IMG/VR virus record: IMGVR_UViG_3300025801_000024
Coordinates: 1 to 34,529 of that record
Length of the DNA stretch: 34,529 nt
Source of the DNA: a virus
Taxonomy: Duplodnaviria; Caudoviricetes
Direction: 5' to 3' (one strand)
The notes beneath the pieces were generated by a model, which had not been told where the DNA came from, did no database searches, and worked only from the letters and a program-made list of their open reading frames with translations. The translations under genes and the position numbers were made by a program. Positions within the stretch are counted from its first letter, which is position 1; each line of letters opens with the position of its first letter. Shown in pieces: positions 27,628-34,529 of this stretch.

Positions 27628-27792
27628 ATGGCAACTGAATACAAGCAACTCTTCCTCCGGGTCTCCCCCAGGGCGAAGGAACTTCTGGACCGATTCGCGA
27701 AGGAAGACAAACGGGCTCTCTCGCGGGAGTTCGAGGTGCTGGTAGAGGAGGAGCTTACCCGGAGGTCCGGGATCAGACCGGAGGGGTCCTAG
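27628..27792 (+). CDS. Arc/CopG-like ribbon-helix-helix DNA-binding protein (54 aa, absent from the ORF track)
   Basis: MATEYKQLFLRVSPRAKELLDRFAKEDKRALSREFEVLVEEELTRRSGIRPEGS; GGGGAG RBS; stop overlaps the polymerase stop (CTAG). Confidence 0.8.
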   Translation: MATEYKQLFLRVSPRAKELLDRFAKEDKRALSREFEVLVEEELTRRSGIRPEGS

Positions 27793-28895
27793 CCCTTCTT
27801 GTACCCCGGGCTGATGTACCCCTCGGCTTCGAGGGGAACGCTGCAGCCCCACGGAGGGGGTTGCGTGAGGCACCAGTTGAGAAGCTCAAGGGCCTGCTCC
27901 GCGTTGGCCTCATCTTCTTCGGCGATAGCCTCGTCGTGGATATGGCCGACGATGGTCCCACCGTGCTCGGTGTAGAGTCGCATCCCATAGGCGAGATCAT
28001 CGCATGCCAGAGCCTGGTCCTCGTTCTCCAGCAACTTCCCACCCCAGGTGTAAAGATGCGCCCAGTTGGTGGTGTCCTGGTACCTGCCCCAATACCGGAT
28101 CTCCCCGTCCTCAACCGACGGGTTGAAGTAGTAGAGTTTCCGGCCACTGTCCAGCCGCAGGGTTACGAACTCCCCCTCTCGCTCCCATTTGCCATGTCGG
28201 CCCCCGGTCAGGATCGCCATCTTGCAGTCGGCTTCCGTACGCTTCCAATACCGCTTCACGCCGGAATAAGTTCTGCGGAAGGCCGATACGGCGGATGAAC
28301 AAGCATCCGCATCGAGATCGATTCCCATGCTATAGGCATAACTTTCGAGGCCGACCTCCCCGAGACCATAACCACACCCAAGAAACGGGGGCTTGCAGTC
28401 GTTCCGCGTCTGCTTATCAACATCGTTGTAGGGGATCCCAAGCCAAGGTCCGGCGAACGCTTTGTAGCAGTCCATCCCTTGACGGAATATCCGTAGCAGG
28501 GCCGGATCCTGCGTGATGTGGGCCAGTCGGCGGGGCTCTATGTTCGACAGATCCGATACCACGAGGAGCTTTCCCGGGGACGCATGCACGGCGCCACGGA
28601 TGGCCCCTCCGAGGGTCTCCAGGGCATGGTCCCCACCATAGAGGAGGTTATACAGGTAGGGGCTCTTGGCGGCCTCAGCGACGACCCAGGGGAGCGTGCC
28701 GGGGGCAGGACGCTTCAGGTTCTGGAGTTGGAACCCGCGACCGGACCAGCGGCCGGTGCGCTGGGCCCCGCGGTACTGCACATTGTCGTAGATCCGCCCG
28801 TCTACCTGGCGCTCGATCAGGGCCGCGTACTTTTTCGTCGCGGCTTGGGAGACGGCCCTCCGGAGCCGGAGGGCGCGGATAAGGTCATCGGTCAC
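27789..28895 (-). CDS. family A DNA polymerase, C-terminal polymerase part
   Basis: RTGRWSG...QLQNL; motif A SDLSNIEPR; motif B RNDCKPPFLGCGYG; motif C HIHDE. Confidence 0.93.
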   Translation of the reverse strand: MTDDLIRALRLRRAVSQAATKKYAALIERQVDGRIYDNVQYRGAQRTGRWSGRGFQLQNLKRPAPGTLPWVVAEAAKSPYLYNLLYGGDHALETLGGAIRGAVHASPGKLLVVSDLSNIEPRRLAHITQDPALLRIFRQGMDCYKAFAGPWLGIPYNDVDKQTRNDCKPPFLGCGYGLGEVGLESYAYSMGIDLDADACSSAVSAFRRTYSGVKRYWKRTEADCKMAILTGGRHGKWEREGEFVTLRLDSGRKLYYFNPSVEDGEIRYWGRYQDTTNWAHLYTWGGKLLENEDQALACDDLAYGMRLYTEHGGTIVGHIHDEAIAEEDEANAEQALELLNWCLTQPPPWGCSVPLEAEGYISPGYKKG

Positions 28896-28898
28896 TTG

Positions 28899-29060
28899 CT
28901 ACCCCAGTACGAGGTTCCCTACCAGGACGTAAACGAGGATCCAGAATCCTACGCTAAGGACGCCGATGAAGCCCCAAACCGCTAGGCGGGCGAGACCTTC
29001 CCGGAGACGGCGCAACCGTGACTCTTTGGAGTAAGATCGAAAGGTGAAATGGTCGTTCAT
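28899..29060 (-). CDS. small membrane protein
   Basis: GAGGAAAGCCTTT before ATG 29060; C-terminal TM helix LAVWGFIGVLSVGFWILVYVLVG. Confidence 0.6.
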   Translation of the reverse strand: MNDHFTFRSYSKESRLRRLREGLARLAVWGFIGVLSVGFWILVYVLVGNLVLG

Positions 29061-29093
29061 AAAGGCTTTCCTCGGTAACGGGACGATGGTTGG

Positions 29094-29462
29094 GAAACGT
29101 TTGATGGTCATGGTTCTATCTCATCTGGCGGCTCGCTTTCCAACTAGGGGTCTGTCTTGTGTTGTGACTCACTCATTTCTAATGGATATATCGGAGTACA
29201 TGGTTCGCTAAGCTGTCGTCGTTCTATCGGCCGTCAATCGCTCGTTTGCGAGTCAGGGTTCTCTCGTATACGGTTGCTCATTCATGAATGATGGAGTATC
29301 CGACAGCTAGGTTCGCTTTACCTCGATAGGTCTTTCAAGTGTCGTGACTCGTTCATTTGCCATGGTTCTGTCAGTCGAGAGGGCTCGTTCATCGGCCATG
29401 GTTCTTTCAAAGCGGGTAACTCGTTCGCCGATATTAGTTCTGTCAATCATCGAGGCTAGACG
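29094..29462 (-). ncRNA. TIGR-like dual-repeat guide RNA array 3 (10 units of about 36 nt) downstream of the tas-like gene
   Basis: + strand GGTTCTRTC-type repeats at 29112, 29148, 29184, 29220, 29257, 29292, 29328, 29364, 29400, 29436 alternate with GRCTCGYTY-type repeats at 29130, 29166, 29202, 29239, 29275, 29310, 29346, 29382, 29418; spacers mostly 9 nt (8-10). Confidence 0.92.
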
Positions 29463-29480
29463 GTCTTGCCAACCGGTGTA

Positions 29481-30623
29481 TTACTCAGGCTTCTGGGGAG
29501 GCGGGATGTAATGCGCGTGGGCCTCACCCGCATGCGCAAAGACATACGGAGCCGGGGGCTCTGATTTCATCTCCTGGCGCCACCAGCATTCCTGAAGGTG
29601 GGAGATGAACATCTTCACCGCGTACCGCTTCGCCCGTGAGTGGATGTGCGCCGGCGGAAGCATGGGAACCCCGAAGGCGCTGACGATATCGCTCAAGACC
29701 ATCGGCTCCCCGAGCTTATACTTAGCCCTAGCGGCAGCCGGGTCAACCTGTCCCGAATACCAAGCGTAGGCGTCGGTATCCTTCCCGATCTTCACGGTCG
29801 CCAGCTTCTCCTTGGCGATCTCCGCATACGCCCCGGAGAAATTCCGATTCCACTCTTCGACCTTACGCTTCGCATACAGGTGGCCGTAGAATCCATTCTC
29901 CTTGTTGGCCACCTTGACGAAGCTTTCCCCGATCTTCCAGAACAGGGTTTTCAACGCCCCATTGAAGGGCTTCTTCGCAAGGGCGGCGATGCAACCGGTG
30001 TCGGTGAAGTCCTTTTCTTCCCCGTCCTTGCCGGTAGAAGCCGATCGGATGAGGTTCGTAGGGTTTACGCCGATCTCTTGCGCGGCAAGCGAGAGGGCCT
30101 CCACGTACCCACGGCTTGGAGTCTTGACCTCAGCCCACAGCTTCTTTGCACCTTCCTTCCCGACCCATCGCTGCTTTGGGTTCAGACCAGCGAAATTTAT
30201 GATATGGCCTGCGGTCGGGGCCTTGCGAATATCGATGTGTGCCAGCAGCCCGGCTGCGAGGATCGGGCCAATCCCCATGGTCTGGTCGAAGAACCATGCC
30301 ATGGGATGAACCATGGTGTATGCCGCGAGGGTCTTCGCTACCTCGCTTTCAAGGGCCTTGGCCTGCTCCAGGATCCACTTGATCGCCTCGTGAGGCTCTG
30401 CGTCGACCCCGGTCTTCTTCTCGTCTCGCTGCAAGGCCGAGACCTGGTTGCTGACGTGGATCCGCTGCTTCTGCATGCTGTAGTACAGATCCACGAGGAA
30501 CCTCGCTTCGTTGTCGGTTACCCCGCCACCCTTCTGCCTGAGACCTTTTAGAAGATCTTTCGACAGTTTCTTGACGGGGATGTCGAGGGCTTCGAAGCCG
30601 TCGAGTTCGGTGTTTTCGTTCAT
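29481..30623 (-). CDS. tasA: Nop-domain/IS110 C-terminal-like RNA-binding protein, TasA-like (no nuclease domain seen)
   Basis: coiled coil LVDLYYSMQKQRIHVSNQ; MGIGPILAAGLLAHIDIRKAPTAGHIINFAGL (Transposase_20/Nop-like); PFNGALKTLFWKIGESFVK; HIHSRAKRYAVKMFISHL; no RuvC DEDD or HNH motif; flanked by 36-nt arrays. Confidence 0.82.
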   Translation of the reverse strand: MNENTELDGFEALDIPVKKLSKDLLKGLRQKGGGVTDNEARFLVDLYYSMQKQRIHVSNQVSALQRDEKKTGVDAEPHEAIKWILEQAKALESEVAKTLAAYTMVHPMAWFFDQTMGIGPILAAGLLAHIDIRKAPTAGHIINFAGLNPKQRWVGKEGAKKLWAEVKTPSRGYVEALSLAAQEIGVNPTNLIRSASTGKDGEEKDFTDTGCIAALAKKPFNGALKTLFWKIGESFVKVANKENGFYGHLYAKRKVEEWNRNFSGAYAEIAKEKLATVKIGKDTDAYAWYSGQVDPAAARAKYKLGEPMVLSDIVSAFGVPMLPPAHIHSRAKRYAVKMFISHLQECWWRQEMKSEPPAPYVFAHAGEAHAHYIPPPQKPE

Positions 30624-30641
30624 CGCTGTTTCCTCAGTTAT

Positions 30642-30751
30642 CGCTCGGTCTATGTTGTTGGCTCTGTCTTCATCTGCTTACTCGGTTCTTCGGAGTAGTT
30701 CGATCGGGGGATGTGAACTCATTCTCTTTAGGTGGCTCTTTCCGGTCTGTT
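30642..30751 (-). ncRNA. TIGR-like array 4 (about 3 units) upstream of the tas-like gene
   Basis: + strand CGCTCGGTC 30642, GGCTCTGTC 30660, TACTCGGTT 30679, AGTTCGATC 30697, AACTCATTC 30716, GGCTCTTTC 30734; 18-19 nt half-period. Confidence 0.72.
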
Positions 30752-30754
30752 GGT

Positions 30755-30943
30755 TTATGGGGCACACGTCTTGATCAATTCTCGCATTTCACGTATGTGT
30801 TTTGTGTCTTTACTCCCTCGTTCTATTGCGCCTTCTAATCCGCCCTCTGTAACCCCCGTGTGACTGTCTGCTATCCGCCAATCTCTCTCCGCGAGTTGCA
30901 GCCATTGCTTCAGCGTCTCTTCAGATACGTGGATGACTTTCAT
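30755..30943 (-). CDS. hypothetical protein
   Basis: GAGAGAAACC before ATG 30943; lower GC. Confidence 0.6.
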   Translation of the reverse strand: MKVIHVSEETLKQWLQLAERDWRIADSHTGVTEGGLEGAIERGSKDTKHIREMRELIKTCAP

Positions 30944-30973
30944 GGTTTCTCTCAACAATTTCTGGTTGGTGGG

Positions 30974-31234
30974 TCATCTATCCCGGTAGTAGGTCACATC
31001 CGATACCCTGTCTGGCTCGGTAAATCGGTACGTGATCTCGTCCGGATATGCCGAGCTCGGAGAGCGGTAAATCTTTTCCACGATCTTTGTTGGCTCCCTA
31101 TGGCCTTGCTCACATTCTTCCGCTGACACTTCGTTCGTGTAGATTGCCATGCATTTCGAGCACTTAAACCCGTCTATTCGTATTGGCATGTCGGTCTCGT
31201 TGTCGTCACACTTTTGAATATCCGTGAAATACAT
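30974..31234 (-). CDS. small Zn-finger-like protein
   Basis: FKCSKC-x11-CEQGH motif; start uncertain. Confidence 0.65.
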   Translation of the reverse strand: MYFTDIQKCDDNETDMPIRIDGFKCSKCMAIYTNEVSAEECEQGHREPTKIVEKIYRSPSSAYPDEITYRFTEPDRVSDVTYYRDR

Positions 31235-31261
31235 AGTAACTTGTTAGCAGGAAACAAGCAA

Positions 31262-32062
31262 CTAGTTTTCAGCAAGAAAGGAGTCGATCGATCCCGCGGT
31301 GAGATCACTGTGTGGATACCCTCGCTCCTGAGCCCAGGCCAGAAGCTGGTCTCGGCTGTTCGGGTTCTCCAGCCCGGTGATCTGTTTCATTTCGTCCAGG
31401 TACTGAGCCCGGTAGTACTTATCCAGCTCGGCGGCCGACCGCACGAACTCCACATCCAGTGGGAGCCCGTTGGCGTTGATGCGTTGGTCCCAGTACCAGA
31501 GGTCAAGCTCCCCCTCGGTCAGGGGGTGTGCTGAAAGCCGGCGGGCGATCTCCCGTTCGGCAACAACATCCTGGCGGTTGTACTCGCGGAATTCTTCCCA
31601 GTCGTCCGGTGCCGTCTCCATGGTCCAGAACCGATCGGGGTTGTCCTTGCTCGGGCGCCGGGGCTTGCAGAACTTTGCGATCAGCCGAGACCCTCGGGCC
31701 AGCTTCTGCTTGTCTTGTGGGAGCCCGATCTGCTTGCCAACGTTAGCCAGGCCCCCGGAGAACCCGCGTGAGTAGGCGTGAACCATGGTGCATCTCCACC
31801 GTTCGACCGGGATATCGATCCCGCAACGGGACAGGCAAGCCCGTTCGAATGGGGCGTTGAAGGCGTGGTATTCGTCGGCCAGTCTTCTCCAAGGGAGACC
31901 GGGGAGACCTACGTACCACCGTACGGGGTCCTCATCTAAGGCCAAGGCCGTCATCAGGATCGCAAACGAGGGGTGAGAGACGTAGCGACGGAGCCCGACC
32001 TCCTTGAGGTCAAGCTCGCATCGCGTCTCAAAGTCCAGGTGGACTCTCACTCTCACTCCCAC
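31262..32062 (-). CDS. family A DNA polymerase, N-terminal 3'-5' exonuclease part (plus start of thumb)
   Basis: ExoI LDFET, ExoII AFNAPFER, ExoIII YNRQDV; DQRINANG; TGLENPNSRDQLLAW; ends at TAG after SFLAEN. Confidence 0.92.
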   Translation of the reverse strand: MGVRVRVHLDFETRCELDLKEVGLRRYVSHPSFAILMTALALDEDPVRWYVGLPGLPWRRLADEYHAFNAPFERACLSRCGIDIPVERWRCTMVHAYSRGFSGGLANVGKQIGLPQDKQKLARGSRLIAKFCKPRRPSKDNPDRFWTMETAPDDWEEFREYNRQDVVAEREIARRLSAHPLTEGELDLWYWDQRINANGLPLDVEFVRSAAELDKYYRAQYLDEMKQITGLENPNSRDQLLAWAQERGYPHSDLTAGSIDSFLAEN

Positions 32063-32814
32063 GGCATCTTACCGGCGGGAGCTGGGTCCGCCGGAGGCCC
32101 GGACACCGTCATTCCCCCCTGGGAAGGAGGAGCCCCAGGAACCCACGGAGCCCAGCTCTTCCCGGAGTCCGCCGGAGGCCCGGCCACCGGCAACGCTCCG
32201 GGGAACGCCGCGCCGGGGTTGGGTGCGTTCTCGATCGGCGCGGGGGCCGGCCCCTCGTCGTCGAACATCGTTTCGAGGGCCAGCTTTCCGCCTCCGATAG
32301 GCTCACGGTTGTTGTCCATGAGCTGGATTCCCTTGAGCCCGCAGAATACGCCGGGGTTGCTGGCGTTGCCGGACCAATAAAGATCGATGTAGGCGGTTAC
32401 CAGGCACCCGCCGAAAAGCTCCGAGGACTGGGTCTCGAAGATCGGGGTCCGGCCGTCACGCTTACACACCCCCGGGGCGTTGTTCGGGTCGGATGCACGG
32501 ATCACGTACTTCCCGGCAAGCTCGGGCCGCGGGGTCTGGCCTTTCGCTGCCCGCTCCTCGTTGAGCTTGCTGCCGTTCTTCAGTGGGCTTTTCAGGTACT
32601 GGAGCATGGCGCCCTTGCCGGCTTCCATGGCGGTCTTCTGGAACGCGGCCTGGATTTCCGCCACGGCGTCCGCATTGGCCACAGGATCCAGGAGCAATTC
32701 CGCGCTGTAGGTGTGGCGGTCTGTCCCAGGAGGCGCATGCTTCTGGAACAAGTGGGGATAGCAGATAATCGCGTTTCGTACTTTGACAGGGTTTCCCATC
32801 TTCACATCTCCCAA
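32053..32814 (-). CDS. ssDNA-binding protein (DUF2815-like)
   Basis: YPHLF...YSAELL...FGGCLV...NPGVFCGLKGIQ...EPIGGG; Pro-rich tail ending MPWE; sits between DUF2800 and the polymerase. Confidence 0.85.
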   Translation of the reverse strand: MGDVKMGNPVKVRNAIICYPHLFQKHAPPGTDRHTYSAELLLDPVANADAVAEIQAAFQKTAMEAGKGAMLQYLKSPLKNGSKLNEERAAKGQTPRPELAGKYVIRASDPNNAPGVCKRDGRTPIFETQSSELFGGCLVTAYIDLYWSGNASNPGVFCGLKGIQLMDNNREPIGGGKLALETMFDDEGPAPAPIENAPNPGAAFPGALPVAGPPADSGKSWAPWVPGAPPSQGGMTVSGPPADPAPAGKMPWE

Positions 32815-34172
32815 GGCATCAGGATGACGCCTTCGTTTGGCGCGAGGGTCGGTCCCTCAGGCTCGGTTTCATCTTCGAACATCTGGGTGACATCCCGGAT
32901 TTCAGGCCGCGGGTCCTCCTCTGGAACAAGCGTCGGTTTCCCTTCCTTCTTCCTGACCATCTCAGCCAAGCGCTTGCTGTACGTCTTGGAGTTGACGATT
33001 TTCGGCAGCTTCTCGGCCTGCGCCGGGCTGATCAAGATATCCGGGTAATACTCGGCCTTTTTTAGCTGCCACTTCTTGAACTCGGTAACAATTTCCTTCT
33101 CGTCGGGGATCCACTCCCGGGAGCCTTTGCCGTGGACCAGCTTCCAGCCAGGGATGCGCTGGCCGCCCTCTCGCAACTTCTGTGCATGCTGGCGCAGATT
33201 CTTGAAGAATCCGACCACGAGGCCCTCTTGGTCGAGTAGCCGGCCGATCTCATCGAGGCTCAGGTCCTCGGGGTTGCGGGTGAGCTTGGTGTTGACCACA
33301 TCGTCGATGAGATCGACGTGCGAGATTTCTCTCACGTCAGGTTTTGCCATAATCACAGGTTGTCCTCCAGAGGTGACCGGGACCGACGTGTTAGAGCCCT
33401 GGAGCCCATCTCCGATCGATCTTAGGTAGGTATCGCAGCGGAAGGTCTCCGCGGCTGCACAGAACTTGCAGTGGCTTCCGGCGTGCCGCGGCGCCCCCGG
33501 CTGGAGTGCGCGCTTGACGCCGTCCTTGATCGCCTGCATCCATTCCTTAGACGCGCGGAAGATGTCGAACTCGACCGTCTTCACCTTGACGGAGTCCGTG
33601 GGCTGCAGGATTGTGAGCTTAAGGTTTCTGACCTGAGCGTACTCCGGAAGGAATAACCCGGTGCTTTCGTCAACCAAGGACCGCATGAACCCGAGAGCGT
33701 ATGCCTTGAGTTGCCATGAATCGGGGTCCACGGGAAAGTAACCGAACTTCCAATCAGCCACCTCGACGACACCCGGGGAAACAAACCCAAGGTCAATTGT
33801 TCCGGTGATGATCCCTGGATCGAGCCCGATACACTTGCCGATCTCCAGCTTTTTTTCAGAGACGGCGAGGAAGCCAGGCTTGCCTGCCCGGTGCCCGACA
33901 TAAGCCGGATGGTCGCGGACGTAGGGCCAGACCTCGTTGAGGGCGAACACGTCCTCTCCAGTGATCTGATGGCCGTCTACCTCGGTCGGGTTCGGCTTGT
34001 CCGGATTGTCAAACCGGTACGCCGCGAGCGTATGGCGCCGGGTGCCTTGGGTAGATTGAGGAGAATCCCCTGGTCTCTCTTCTGGGGGCACGGCGGCTTG
34101 CGCCGCCACGCTCCCGGCGCAGGCCAGGACCCGAGAGAGCCCCGAAGGGCTGATTTCGGTATGATCTGGCAT
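32802..34172 (-). CDS. DUF2800 Cas4-like PD-(D/E)XK exonuclease
   Basis: HTEISPSG...C.GS, GTRRH, GTID, VADWKFG, QLKAYALG, GSHCKFC, PGWKLVHGKGSREW. Confidence 0.88.
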   Translation of the reverse strand: MPDHTEISPSGLSRVLACAGSVAAQAAVPPEERPGDSPQSTQGTRRHTLAAYRFDNPDKPNPTEVDGHQITGEDVFALNEVWPYVRDHPAYVGHRAGKPGFLAVSEKKLEIGKCIGLDPGIITGTIDLGFVSPGVVEVADWKFGYFPVDPDSWQLKAYALGFMRSLVDESTGLFLPEYAQVRNLKLTILQPTDSVKVKTVEFDIFRASKEWMQAIKDGVKRALQPGAPRHAGSHCKFCAAAETFRCDTYLRSIGDGLQGSNTSVPVTSGGQPVIMAKPDVREISHVDLIDDVVNTKLTRNPEDLSLDEIGRLLDQEGLVVGFFKNLRQHAQKLREGGQRIPGWKLVHGKGSREWIPDEKEIVTEFKKWQLKKAEYYPDILISPAQAEKLPKIVNSKTYSKRLAEMVRKKEGKPTLVPEEDPRPEIRDVTQMFEDETEPEGPTLAPNEGVILMPWEM

Positions 34173-34176
34173 CAGG

Positions 34177-34529
34177 TCACCCCAGGTACTGTTGCAGTCT
34201 CGCGTAGAAGGTTGCCTTCTGCTCGGGGCTCATCTCGTGGAAGAACTTCACCCCGGTTGACTGCGTGACTTCCACCATGATCCGCTGTGCCTCGGGCTGC
34301 CCGTACTTCTGGCTCAAGCCGGCGAACGCCTGCTGCACCATCTCATCGGTGACGGTCACAGGAGCGAACTGCGGAGCGGGCTGCGGCTGGGGCTGGGGCT
34401 GGGGCTGCGGCTGCGGCTGCGGCTGCGGCTGCGGCTGCGGCTGCGGCTGCGGCTGCGGCTGCGGCTGCGGCTGCGGCTGCGGCTGCGGCTGCGGCTGCGG
34501 CTGCGGCTGCGGCTGCGGCTGCGGCTGCG
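34177..34529 (-). CDS. partial protein (5' end outside the window) with a long (Gln-Pro)n linker and a small C-terminal helical domain
   Basis: frame open from the window end through CAGCCG repeats into APQFAPVTVTDEMVQQAF...LQQYLG*. Confidence 0.75.
   Translation of the reverse strand, partial: QPQPQPQPQPQPQPQPQPQPQPQPQPQPQPQPQPQPQPQPQPQPQPQPQPAPQFAPVTVTDEMVQQAFAGLSQKYGQPEAQRIMVEVTQSTGVKFFHEMSPEQKATFYARLQQYLG
34379..34529. repeat. hexamer microsatellite (GGCTGC)n, at least 25 units, running off the window
   Basis: directly visible; three GGCTGG variants at the left edge. Confidence 0.97.

Noticed and set aside
29094-29462. CRISPR array
   Set aside because: Repeats are about 9 nt, of two alternating kinds and degenerate, with ~9-nt spacers; no cas1/cas2 or effector genes; fits TIGR architecture instead
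29481-30623. Ordinary IS110 transposase
   Set aside because: Lacks the N-terminal DEDD RuvC domain and the Ser loop; flanked by multi-unit arrays rather than one bridge-RNA region
1983-30751. Self-targets of the array spacers within this window
   Set aside because: A limited spot check by eye found no convincing paired match; 9-nt half-sites need a computational search, so no claim is made
28896-31261. Group I/II intron or split intein in the polymerase
   Set aside because: I could not recognise intron core motifs, a maturase or homing endonuclease, or intein ends (Cys start, His-Asn end); not excluded without a covariance search
32802-34172. Cas4-like nuclease as the spacer-acquisition enzyme for the arrays
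   Set aside because: DUF2800-DUF2815-PolA is a standard phage replication module, so proximity is expected and gives no specific link

Overview
This window is about 34.5 kb of a tailed dsDNA phage genome with podovirus-like organisation. The + strand arm (about 0.3-23.5 kb) carries small accessory genes, a putative TerS, TerL, portal, scaffold, major capsid protein, adaptor, nozzle, tail and ejection proteins. The convergent - strand arm (23.5-34.5 kb) carries a replication module: DUF2800 Cas4-like nuclease, DUF2815 SSB, family A DNA polymerase, VRR-NUC and SNF2 helicase. The main discovery is a TIGR-Tas-like RNA-guided system. A 380-aa Nop/IS110-C-terminal-like protein with no recognisable nuclease domain (29481-30623, -) is flanked by arrays with a 36-nt period, in which two alternating ~9-nt repeats (consensus GAYAGAACC and RARYGAGYC) are separated by ~9-nt variable spacers. 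Two more arrays of the same type lie about 27 kb away, upstream of terL. The Tas module sits in a 2.37-kb segment that splits the DNA polymerase into separate exonuclease and polymerase ORFs. Also seen: two candidate anti-defence sponge proteins, a ribbon-helix-helix gene missed by the ORF track, a tandem gene duplication and a 28-bp repeat tract at the left end. All family assignments come from motif recognition by eye; no database search was run.
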